52,079 nucleotides of DNA from a virus: the IMG/VR virus record IMGVR_UViG_3300035192_000069; one strand, 5' to 3'. Positions 1 through 7,185 of the stretch are shown one piece after another; position 1 is the first letter of the stretch, and the number at the start of each line of letters is the position of its first letter. A program made the translations under genes and the position numbers. Under the pieces are notes generated by a model that ran no database searches, was not told the origin of the DNA, and saw only the letters and a list, made by a program, of their open reading frames with translations.

Positions 1-127
1 GGGTTGGGTTGCTTTTTGCTCATGGTTTGCCTTTCTCATCATCAGAGTGTAGAGCAACTCTCCATCCCTCTCAAGTGCTGGTGATACGGGCAATGCGGGC
101 ATCCCGGCCTGAGGGCGCCGTCCTCGA
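1..127. repeat. Terminal direct repeat, copy 1 (identical to 51953-52079)
   Basis: Base-by-base identity of gggttgggttgc...gccgtcctcga at both record ends. Confidence 0.95.
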
Positions 128-359
128 TAAGGAACCCAATCACAGCCCTATCGGCTGACGCTGAGTCCGTATACGACCCCTTGAGTCGCGCCGTTACCAC
201 GTCGATAACTCGGTAAATAGACTCGATTTCGACAATTATGTACCTTTTTGTCCTGTTGTGCATGTTTTCATTTTCTTTCTTTGCCTTTCTGGTTTGGAGT
301 GTAGAGTCATCATCTTCCCCTTTATTCAGCATCCACTCCAGGCCCGCAGCATCCTCCAT
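42..359 (-). CDS. Hypothetical protein
   Basis: 105-aa ORF whose 3' end lies in the terminal overlap. The start is uncertain (alternative Met codons at 332 and 263). No domain recognised. Confidence 0.35.
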   Translation of the reverse strand: MEDAAGLEWMLNKGEDDDSTLQTRKAKKENENMHNRTKRYIIVEIESIYRVIDVVTARLKGSYTDSASADRAVIGFLIEDGALRPGCPHCPYHQHLRGMESCSTL

Positions 360-939
360 ATCTTATGAATATGGTGCCTATACTTGACTCGCTCTCATAC
401 CCGCACAGATAGTCCCACCTGGTTGAGCCCCCCTTTGCTCGGCATTGATCTGCTATTTTAGACCCATCGTCGCCATCTATGCACTCAAAACGTGAATCAT
501 CTGTGGGACAAAGCGACGGCATTTGACAGCAACCGCTATGCTCACAGTCCGGCGATATGAAAGTCTCTCCGCCATAGTAAACGCAATCCTGATACCAGAA
601 TCCGCTCAGTGTTCCACTGCCATCATTACAATACCGCCCATCCGCCTCGTTGCACGAATCCCCATCCGCAGGAACGTCCGCATCCGTGTCGGTATCCGTA
701 TCTGTGTCCGTATCAGAATCGGTGTCACTATCGGTATCGGTATCGGTGTCTGAGTCAGTATCCGCGTCCGTGTCGCTGTCTGTATCGGCATCTGTATCCG
801 CATCTGATTCCGGCCCGGTATCAGACTCAGAATCGATGACCTCGATTGCCCCGTCGAGCTCTTCTTCTGACTTATTCGGTTCGGTGTCACATCCGATAAC
901 CACCCAAAAAATCACCAAAATCCATGTTTTTACTTTCAT
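322..939 (-). CDS. Lipoprotein with an acidic (Asp-Thr/Ser/Ala)n repeat and a Cys-rich C-terminal domain
   Basis: Starts MKVKTWILVIFWVVIG|C (signal peptide plus lipobox). It has a 43-residue D-X dipeptide run and 12 Cys in the C-terminal ~110 aa. The longer track ORF 322..1785 is an antisense extension. Confidence 0.7.
   Translation of the reverse strand: MKVKTWILVIFWVVIGCDTEPNKSEEELDGAIEVIDSESDTGPESDADTDADTDSDTDADTDSDTDTDTDSDTDSDTDTDTDTDTDADVPADGDSCNEADGRYCNDGSGTLSGFWYQDCVYYGGETFISPDCEHSGCCQMPSLCPTDDSRFECIDGDDGSKIADQCRAKGGSTRWDYLCGYESESSIGTIFIRYGGCCGPGVDAE
676..804. repeat. Hexanucleotide-type tandem repeat (GTATCN/GTGTCN units) encoding the D-X run
   Basis: gtccgcatccgtgtcggtatccgtatctgtgtccgtatcagaatcggtgtc...; every frame gives a low-complexity ORF. 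Confidence 0.85.
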
Positions 940-957
940 TTTCTTGCCTTTTTCTCG

Positions 958-1743
958 ATGCTTCCCCGTGTTAAGATCGACGTGGAGGTGAAGCTTTTGT
1001 TCAAAATTGTACTGGATATGCGGCCGATTGAACAGCTCGAAAATGACCTCGACCGATTCGGGAAGCACGCCCTCCCCTATGCCGTCCGGGACACGCTGAA
1101 CACCGCGGCCTACAAAACCTCCGATCTCGCAAAACGAAATATTTCCAGAAAGTTCACTGAAAGGAACACTTTCACAAGACGCTCCGTCCGATTCAAAAAT
1201 ACCTTTGCCCGTCGTATCGACCAGATGGAATCCGTCGTGGGCTCCACCCAGGAATACATGGCCAAACAGGAGGAAGGGTTCACCCAGAAAAAGACGGGCA
1301 AGCACGGTGTCGCCATCCCCACCAGCGCGGCAGCGGGACAAGGGCAAGCCCGGAAGCGCACCCGCAAGCTCCAGCGCCGAAACTGGCTGAACATGGTCAA
1401 GCCCCCCTCGGCCCGGGTGCGCGGGAGGGGACGAACAGTCGTTGCCGTCAGAGACGCCGTAGCAAGCGGCCAGCGGGTTGTATTCGTCACCAAGCGTAAC
1501 GACCCATGGGGACGACCCACTGGATTCTACCGCGTTCTCGGTGGACGTAAAAAGGGCTCCGGATGGCCGAAGGGAGCCAGGCTCCAGATGATTTACTCGG
1601 CCGAGCGCCCCACTGTGCTGACCTCGCCCCATCGCTGGCTTGAGCCAGCCACCGCGGTCATCGTCAAAAAGCTCGACACGATTTATCGCGATGCCGTGAT
1701 TCGACAGATCAAAATTAATCGCTCGTTCCGGGACAGGGGCTGA
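958..1743 (+). CDS. Basic hypothetical protein on the opposite strand to its neighbours (weak resemblance to gpZ/HK97-gp10-type virion completion proteins)
   Basis: 261-aa ORF with ordinary protein composition. The real start could be TTG 997 (GGAGG 8 nt upstream) or ATG 1018. The family assignment comes from pattern memory only. Confidence 0.45.
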   Translation: MLPRVKIDVEVKLLFKIVLDMRPIEQLENDLDRFGKHALPYAVRDTLNTAAYKTSDLAKRNISRKFTERNTFTRRSVRFKNTFARRIDQMESVVGSTQEYMAKQEEGFTQKKTGKHGVAIPTSAAAGQGQARKRTRKLQRRNWLNMVKPPSARVRGRGRTVVAVRDAVASGQRVVFVTKRNDPWGRPTGFYRVLGGRKKGSGWPKGARLQMIYSAERPTVLTSPHRWLEPATAVIVKKLDTIYRDAVIRQIKINRSFRDRG

Positions 1744-1802
1744 TGTCGCCCCGGTACCGAGATGACACTCCATGTTCATTGTCACCTCGAGTTATGAGCG
1801 AC

Positions 1803-2069
1803 TCAAAATGGCCGCATAATCCATGCCGAAAGTATGTCCATGTGTTTTCTAACCGCCTTTTTCACACTCTTCAAATCCGGATACAGATACCAATCAAATG
1901 TAATTCTATGAGCTGAGTATGATTCAGGATTTCTGTCCAGGAACTGTATCTTGTACCTCAAATTGTCATTACATTTTTCAGTATGCTTGCAAATTATCTT
2001 AACTTTTCTAGGCACAGAAATTCCGTCAAAATAATAGACCTCTTCATCTGGTTTAAATTTTTTCATCAC
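1803..2069 (-). CDS. Hypothetical protein
   Basis: 88-aa ORF; its start overlaps the stop of the upstream methyltransferase gene. Confidence 0.5.
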   Translation of the reverse strand: MMKKFKPDEEVYYFDGISVPRKVKIICKHTEKCNDNLRYKIQFLDRNPESYSAHRITFDWYLYPDLKSVKKAVRKHMDILSAWIMRPF

Positions 2070-2734
2070 GTTCTAACTGCCTTTCTATCCAGGTCCTCGA
2101 CGACACTGTCGCTCCGGTACCGGGACGACGCAAACTCCCTCCAAGCCGCCGACACAATCCCGGTGCCAGGAAACAAATCGTCAAACATGTCGCCCGGCGC
2201 TGCAGCAAGCGCTTCGAACAAGAACGCACAGAATGCAATCGGCTTTCGACCCATGAGCGTCCCACCGAACCTGGCCGGCTGAGCTGAGATCCAGTCACGG
2301 ACGCCGGCGTGAACGACACGGGCCTGTTTCACAATCAGTGGCTCCCATGTCGAGTGTAGACCTCGAGTCCTCGGCGACGCTCCGATAGGCTTCACCCATG
2401 CGCATACCCTGACTTCCGGTGGGCAAAGGGGGAGGATGTCGCGCAAGGCCTTCGACGACGTTGACAGCGCCCGCCCATCGTATGTCGCCAGCTGCTCGAG
2501 CAGACGCTCATGATCTACCTCTCTCTGGTAGGTGTCTTCATGCTGGTGGTACTTTTTCGCCATCCCGGGGTAGGGTGGGTCGGCGTAGGCCAGTCGCTTC
2601 GGTTCCCTGGTCGTCGCCTCGAGGTGCGACAGACGCCGAAACCGATAGGCGGCTTGCCTGCACCGTTTGGAACAATAGGTTTGGTGCTTCTCGACGGGCA
2701 CCACCCCACACCATTTGCAGAGCTGTTGAGTCAT
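2066..2734 (-). CDS. DNA methyltransferase (beta-class amino-MTase) with an N-terminal Cys4 zinc ribbon
   Basis: CKWCG...CSKRC, then AYADPPYPG (motif IV) ahead of DLFPGTGIV (motif I-like). ATG 2734 overlaps the upstream stop (TGATG). Confidence 0.7.
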   Translation of the reverse strand: MTQQLCKWCGVVPVEKHQTYCSKRCRQAAYRFRRLSHLEATTREPKRLAYADPPYPGMAKKYHQHEDTYQREVDHERLLEQLATYDGRALSTSSKALRDILPLCPPEVRVCAWVKPIGASPRTRGLHSTWEPLIVKQARVVHAGVRDWISAQPARFGGTLMGRKPIAFCAFLFEALAAAPGDMFDDLFPGTGIVSAAWREFASSRYRSDSVVEDLDRKAVRT

Positions 2735-2982
2735 CAATTGGTGCCTCGACCGGTCGTTTTGAAATCGGTGACTTCCCACAATTCATCGAATTGCTTCAGG
2801 GTAACAGGGAGAAGATAGTCAATAACATTGACAATCGGGATGCCGCGATCAAAGCCGGTGACTATCCCCTCCATGCCAAATTGGATGTCTGCTATCCTTT
2901 TCCCTCTCCCGTCGATAATCAATATGACCGGAAAGCTACTTTTCGCCCGAACGTGCATGCCGAGCTCAATCTTCGTCGTCAT
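2734..2982 (-). CDS. Hypothetical protein
   Basis: Start MTTKIELG is preceded by GGAGGA. The track ORF extends upstream without an SD. Confidence 0.5.
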   Translation of the reverse strand: MTTKIELGMHVRAKSSFPVILIIDGRGKRIADIQFGMEGIVTGFDRGIPIVNVIDYLLPVTLKQFDELWEVTDFKTTGRGTN

Positions 2983-3151
2983 CGTAGAAATCCTCCATAT
3001 TGCCGTGTATCGGTGAAAAGCCATCACAATACCGATCTTGATGAATACGTTCTGCGTAGTGCTCACTCTCTTGGTTCTCGCAATCTCCCTCATTGCCTGA
3101 TCCGCCATAGAAGAAGTAGAAGCATTCCCAGCAAGACTTTTTTCTCTTCAT
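2966..3151 (-). CDS. Small Cys-containing acidic protein
   Basis: Start MKRKKSCWEC is preceded by GGGAGA; 61 aa. Confidence 0.4.
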   Translation of the reverse strand: MKRKKSCWECFYFFYGGSGNEGDCENQESEHYAERIHQDRYCDGFSPIHGNMEDFYDDDED

Positions 3152-3164
3152 GATGTCTCCCTTG

Positions 3165-3192
3165 AAAAACACCAGGAGGGGCCATCCCCTCC
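3165..3192 (-). terminator. Rho-independent terminator after the lipoprotein gene
   Basis: On the minus strand: GGAGGGG-ATGG-CCCCTCC followed by TGGTGTTTTTC. Confidence 0.6.
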
Positions 3193-3206
3193 CAGCGCAG
3201 TCAAAC

Positions 3207-3560
3207 CTACAGAGTCGAAGCCCTCTCCGCACGGTCCAACTGTCCGACCCAGTCCCGAACACATTTCAGAATCCCCGGGACATCCACAGCCTTCATGACG
3301 CAGTCGACCGGCAGTAATCCGGACATCAGCGCGATGTCGCAGTAGGGCTCAAACTCCACTCCTTCCGGCATGCGGCTCGTGATATGCTCCTTCACGATCT
3401 CTTTCACGAACCCTGCGCACTTCTCGTCGTTGAAGCACCCGACCTCCACCAGATGGGCCTCCACCGCGTCACACTTCGGCGCAGCAAGATCGGGGGTGAT
3501 CCTCGCGCCGCTGCATCCCAGAAATACAAACATCAGTCCAATTATAAATAGCACTTTCAT
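3207..3560 (-). CDS. Lipoprotein
   Basis: MKVLFIIGLMFVFLG|CSG signal peptide and lipobox. It is followed by its own terminator. Confidence 0.65.
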   Translation of the reverse strand: MKVLFIIGLMFVFLGCSGARITPDLAAPKCDAVEAHLVEVGCFNDEKCAGFVKEIVKEHITSRMPEGVEFEPYCDIALMSGLLPVDCVMKAVDVPGILKCVRDWVGQLDRAERASTL

Positions 3561-3606
3561 GCTTCCTCCTTGCCCCGTTGGGGCGGTTGATTAATTGTTG
3601 AGTATT

Positions 3607-4251
3607 TCACACCGCAAGCACTCCTTGCGCAAGACGCTGAATAGCTGACCGACAATACGTCTCTTCTATTTCAACACCAACAGCTCGATACCCAAGCGCC
3701 TTTGCCGCAACCAGTGTTGTCCCAGATCCAGCAAACGGATCCAGGATTACACCGCGATGGCAACAGGATATTAAGTCCATCATTAGAGACACGGGCTTTT
3801 CCATTGGATGCCATCTTGATTTTCTTCGTCCTACGCAGCCCGCTACAGCCAAATGTCGCAACACGGATCCTCTTCGCCTTCCAAAGAAACCTCTTCCGAT
3901 TACATATATCTCCTCATGGTTTGGCTTCCATGGCAACGAAAGATCCCCCATGCCAACATGTTCACCTTTCTCCCATATAAGTAAGTGTCGAGTATTTATC
4001 GGGCGAGCAATTTTCCATGTTCCAAACACAAGAGCAGGGCGTTCACCCCATGCGTCAAGCAGTGTGTCACGGGCAACGGTATCCAGATCGCCTTTTATTG
4101 AGCAGTCGCCTAACCGTCCTTTCATTCCACTGCTAAACCCTATCCCATATGGCGGGTCGGTAACCAGTACGTCAGCGCATATCGAGTCAAACACATCCCG
4201 GAAATCGCAATTAAAAATTGTAATCCCTGATTCCTCGTAATAGGGTTTCAC
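3607..4251 (-). CDS. DNA methyltransferase (N6-adenine/N4-cytosine, beta class)
   Basis: LVTDPPYG (motif IV) lies upstream of ILDPFAGSGTT (motif I). GTG 4251 overlaps the upstream TGA (GTGA). Confidence 0.85.
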   Translation of the reverse strand: MKPYYEESGITIFNCDFRDVFDSICADVLVTDPPYGIGFSSGMKGRLGDCSIKGDLDTVARDTLLDAWGERPALVFGTWKIARPINTRHLLIWEKGEHVGMGDLSLPWKPNHEEIYVIGRGFFGRRRGSVLRHLAVAGCVGRRKSRWHPMEKPVSLMMDLISCCHRGVILDPFAGSGTTLVAAKALGYRAVGVEIEETYCRSAIQRLAQGVLAV

Positions 4252-4433
4252 TCCTCTATCTCCTCTCCGTGCGCATTCCAGCACGCTTTAACATTGCCGA
4301 CATACCAATGACAGCATGATGCATCCGTATTGAACGGTCTGGTTTCGCATCCTGCAAAATCGTTGAGAGTGCAAAGGCAACTGTGCCAACTGTACCAAGC
4401 GCATTGTCCACAGTATATTGAGAGGCGACTCAT
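4248..4433 (-). CDS. Small Cys-rich protein (8 Cys in 61 aa)
   Basis: ORF preceded by a GAGGA SD; coupled at both ends. Confidence 0.5.
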   Translation of the reverse strand: MSRLSIYCGQCAWYSWHSCLCTLNDFAGCETRPFNTDASCCHWYVGNVKACWNAHGEEIEE

Positions 4434-4470
4434 GTTGGTCCTCGCTGTATGATTGTTTCAATCGCCAGAA

Positions 4471-4797
4471 TCAGCCGGGCCACCGCGTGAGCCCAGTGGG
4501 GCTCTCCGGTCTCCTCATCGTCTCCCTCTTGCGCAAGATGGGCCAACGCATGTTCGACATTTTCTTGCGCGCTGGCATCGGCATCGGTGTCGAACCTAGA
4601 TCGGCAAGTCTTCCCACGGCGATTACGTTGTCTCTGTGGTTTGTCTTCGGGGAGTACCCGCTGTTGTGCAGGTAAACGTTCACCGTGCTCTTGGCGATGC
4701 CGAGTATCTCCATGATCTCTTCGCGACTCTTGCCCTCTCGGAACAGTCTGATGGTTTCCTTCATACGATAATGCTTCATCTCTTTTGAACCACTCAT
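4471..4797 (-). CDS. Helix-turn-helix DNA-binding protein (3' end and reading frame uncertain)
   Basis: The HTH is GKSREEIMEILGIAKSTVNVYL. The ATG overlaps the upstream stop (ATGA). See the finding on the alternative -1 frame ending at 4430. Confidence 0.55.
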   Translation of the reverse strand: MSGSKEMKHYRMKETIRLFREGKSREEIMEILGIAKSTVNVYLHNSGYSPKTNHRDNVIAVGRLADLGSTPMPMPARKKMSNMRWPILRKRETMRRPESPTGLTRWPG

Positions 4798-5000
4798 TCC
4801 TCAGCCCTTTCAAAGTCATACCCATCAATTTTTTTGACTATATTCCACACCTCTCGCTTGCTCACATTTGGCCACCGCAGCTTGCATTCCTCATGAATCC
4901 ATTGGAGTAAAAATCTCAGCTCGTGGCGATTGCGCGGTTTCCCAGTGCGGGATTCTTGGAGCTCAACGAGACGTTGTATATGTTTATCAACCGACATCAT
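4794..5000 (-). CDS. Hypothetical protein
   Basis: 68-aa ORF in the operon. Confidence 0.5.
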   Translation of the reverse strand: MMSVDKHIQRLVELQESRTGKPRNRHELRFLLQWIHEECKLRWPNVSKREVWNIVKKIDGYDFERAEE

Positions 5001-5400
5001 TCAGGCTGAACACGATCCCACGACAGAAAATTTCGCCGTCTTCAATCACGTCAAACGTCGCATGGGGAATGTCGGTTTCGAACGTCCAAGCGATGTCTCC
5101 ATCACACCATTTCACGTGTATCTTTGTTGCCTGTTCTTTCTTTTTCGCATAGTACGGACATCTATCGTCATCGCATTCGTTGGTGACAATCCCGTCCTTG
5201 TTTAGTGGAACGGTAGCTCCTTCCCATGCGCCAAACTCGTCATTGATTGCGCCCCGGAATTCGCAGAGGTCATCGGACGCGCCAAAGACGATCACGAGAC
5301 CGTTCTCTGCGGCAATCCTCCCCATGTCATCTGGGACTTCATGTCGATACTCTCGATTGTTCAATAGTTTGGCCAACTCTTCTTTTGTAAAATCTTTCAT
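4987..5400 (-). CDS. Hypothetical protein
   Basis: 137-aa ORF with ordinary globular composition. Confidence 0.55.
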   Translation of the reverse strand: MKDFTKEELAKLLNNREYRHEVPDDMGRIAAENGLVIVFGASDDLCEFRGAINDEFGAWEGATVPLNKDGIVTNECDDDRCPYYAKKKEQATKIHVKWCDGDIAWTFETDIPHATFDVIEDGEIFCRGIVFSLNDVG

Positions 5401-5427
5401 TTGTTTGCCTTTCTTGTTAAAGATTTT

Positions 5428-5793
5428 TCATATGCTCCCGCTACCCATCGTAAAATCCGGAAGCGGATCGCTATCCAAACAACAGAACAGATGCAGACAC
5501 CTCGGATGGATGTTGACGTGTTCCTTCGCTTCTGGGAGCACCATCACCGCTTTCCTGTCGTCGCCTATCCAGTGGCGCTTAAGGTAGGTCAACTCGTCGT
5601 ATGTCGGCCTTCTGCGCCTGTGAGATATCGACAGGTGCAGCCAAAATTTCCCGTCACCGTATTGCGCGAATGAGGCGATCACCGCAAGGTTCTTTTTATT
5701 GTTGCGCCATACTCCATGATAGTTGCGCGATGGAATCTCAACCCAACCGGGTGGTAGGTTCCTTCCAGTCAATGGTAATCCTTGATCCATCAC
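5428..5793 (-). CDS. Hypothetical protein (conserved prophage-type)
   Basis: 121-aa ORF containing the motif WLHLSISHRRRRPTYDELTYLKRHW. Confidence 0.5.
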   Translation of the reverse strand: MMDQGLPLTGRNLPPGWVEIPSRNYHGVWRNNKKNLAVIASFAQYGDGKFWLHLSISHRRRRPTYDELTYLKRHWIGDDRKAVMVLPEAKEHVNIHPRCLHLFCCLDSDPLPDFTMGSGSI

Positions 5794-5797
5794 TGCC

Positions 5798-5998
5798 TCA
5801 CTGTTCCTCTTGAAGGGCGAACATGTGCATCGCGACCATGCCAGCTACTGTTGTCGCAGCCTTGAACGCTTCAAATTTCAATTGAGCAATGGCGTTTATC
5901 TTCTCGAGAAAATCCATTTCTTCGTTCAGAACCTGCTCGATTTCCGGATTTATCTTCTCCAGAATTGCGCTGTAGTAGTAATCAATCCCCTTTTCCAT
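5798..5998 (-). CDS. Small protein with a hydrophobic C-terminus
   Basis: 66 aa; its start overlaps the end of the endolysin gene. Confidence 0.45.
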   Translation of the reverse strand: MEKGIDYYYSAILEKINPEIEQVLNEEMDFLEKINAIAQLKFEAFKAATTVAGMVAMHMFALQEEQ

Positions 5999-6461
5999 TT
6001 GCTTTCCCTTTCTGGACTCTTCCTCTGAGCCTTTCCAGCCGCCGCAGTCTAAACGCCGTTATCCTCCGCGCCCTCGGTGTCCCCCTGCATCGGCCAGACG
6101 CATATCGCCACAGGCCGCGCTCCAGGCTCCCACAGAAGCGCCTATCCATATCGATGAGCATTGCCCCACACATCACCTGCCCCCGTGCCGTGGATAGGTC
6201 GTGCTCGCCCTCGCAGGCCTTCCGGTGCTTGCCGTGAACCTGAAAGAGACCGACCTCTCCTAGTGCCCCCTCGGCATCCGCCCGAAATGATGACTCGTAG
6301 AACGACCAGGTGACGAGCAGGGACGGTTCGATGTTGTATCGTTCGCCCGCGTCGACAAAGTGACGTGACATCGTATCCCGCGCATTGGCGTCACGGTACA
6401 GGAGACGATTGGGAGTAGTGGATAACAGGATGAATATTATTGCCGATACCGAGGTCATCAT
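5982..6461 (-). CDS. Lytic transglycosylase (SLT-domain endolysin) with an N-terminal membrane anchor
   Basis: The N-terminus is MMTSVSAIIFILLSTT. The SLT catalytic motif is YESSFRADAEGALGEVGLFQV. Confidence 0.75.
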   Translation of the reverse strand: MMTSVSAIIFILLSTTPNRLLYRDANARDTMSRHFVDAGERYNIEPSLLVTWSFYESSFRADAEGALGEVGLFQVHGKHRKACEGEHDLSTARGQVMCGAMLIDMDRRFCGSLERGLWRYASGRCRGTPRARRITAFRLRRLERLRGRVQKGKANGKGD

Positions 6462-6471
6462 GCAGCACCTC

Positions 6472-6774
6472 CTAAAACTTCGGATCCTTCATTGGACCAC
6501 CGGGTGACTTGGATTCCGCTTTCTTATTTGCTTTAGGCGGGGGTGCTACGGCCTCCACCTGCTGCTCGTCAAACCACTCTGGATCCAACGGCTTCCCGTC
6601 CTTGAGTGTTTTGGATTGGACACTGACTCGAATACAACCGTTAAGCCAAAAGGTGAGGCCGGTCACCACCCCTTCATATCCGGTGATCGTATCTCGAACT
6701 TCCTGTCTTAGTGCGAATCTGCTTTTCAAAGTTGCCATCTTATATCCTTTCTTTTTGGTGTCTGGAATAATCAT
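6472..6774 (-). CDS. Hypothetical protein
   Basis: 100-aa ORF. An alternative start at 6738 (MATLKSRF) has an AAAGGA SD. Confidence 0.5.
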   Translation of the reverse strand: MIIPDTKKKGYKMATLKSRFALRQEVRDTITGYEGVVTGLTFWLNGCIRVSVQSKTLKDGKPLDPEWFDEQQVEAVAPPPKANKKAESKSPGGPMKDPKF

Positions 6775-6896
6775 AGCGCCATCCAGATCTGTTCGATTAG
6801 AGCTGTTATCGATGCCAGAGCCCCGAAGCCAAACAGGAACACCAGCATCCAGAACATGATTTCAATTTTCGACTTTTTGGTTTTTATCAGTCGCAT
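6771..6896 (-). CDS. 41-aa single-pass membrane protein (holin-like candidate; absent from the ORF track)
   Basis: MRLIKTKKSKIEIMFWMLVFLFGFGALASITALIEQIWMAL, with an AAGGA SD. Its stop overlaps the next ATG (ATGA). Confidence 0.5.
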   Translation of the reverse strand: MRLIKTKKSKIEIMFWMLVFLFGFGALASITALIEQIWMAL

Positions 6897-6972
6897 TGGT
6901 TTTCCTTTTTTTGGGCTGCTCATCAGGCCATGGGTGCCACACCATGACTACGGGCCAAAGCCCGTTTCGCAT

Positions 6973-7185
6973 CTAATCCTCCATCTCAAATGCCGGAAGA
7001 GAAGGTGAGCCCTTCTTCAGGCGCTCCGTTGCCCTTGCATGTTCCAGGGTGATACCCATAGCTTTGATAATCCCATGATACAAACGAGCCTCTCCTTGTG
7101 CCTGGTCAACGGTGATTTCACCCTTGGCGAGTTTTTCACGGGTCTCCCTCATCTGGTTGATAATGTCCATTGAATTCAATTTCAT
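6973..7185 (-). CDS. Hypothetical protein
   Basis: 70-aa helical ORF. Confidence 0.5.
   Translation of the reverse strand: MKLNSMDIINQMRETREKLAKGEITVDQAQGEARLYHGIIKAMGITLEHARATERLKKGSPSLPAFEMED

Noticed and set aside
1-127. The terminal repeat as IS/LTR ends or as true virion DTRs
   Set aside because: The repeats are direct, lie exactly at the record ends and are crossed by ORFs. The cos-type GpA/Nu1 terminase argues for a circular-assembly overlap. Sequence alone cannot settle this.
523-991. Four overlapping ORFs (523-753, 606-890, 609-839, 650-991) across the repeat tract
   Set aside because: They are low-complexity translations (SVSVSV, RIRIGV, PYRYR) of the hexanucleotide repeat in other frames. 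They are shadows of the D-X repeat of the lipoprotein gene.
322-1785. 487-aa minus-strand ORF from the track
   Set aside because: Only the last 205 codons look real: a signal peptide and lipobox starting at MKVKTW (939). The upstream 282 codons read as Gly/Leu/Pro-rich antisense noise opposite a well-formed plus-strand ORF (958-1743).
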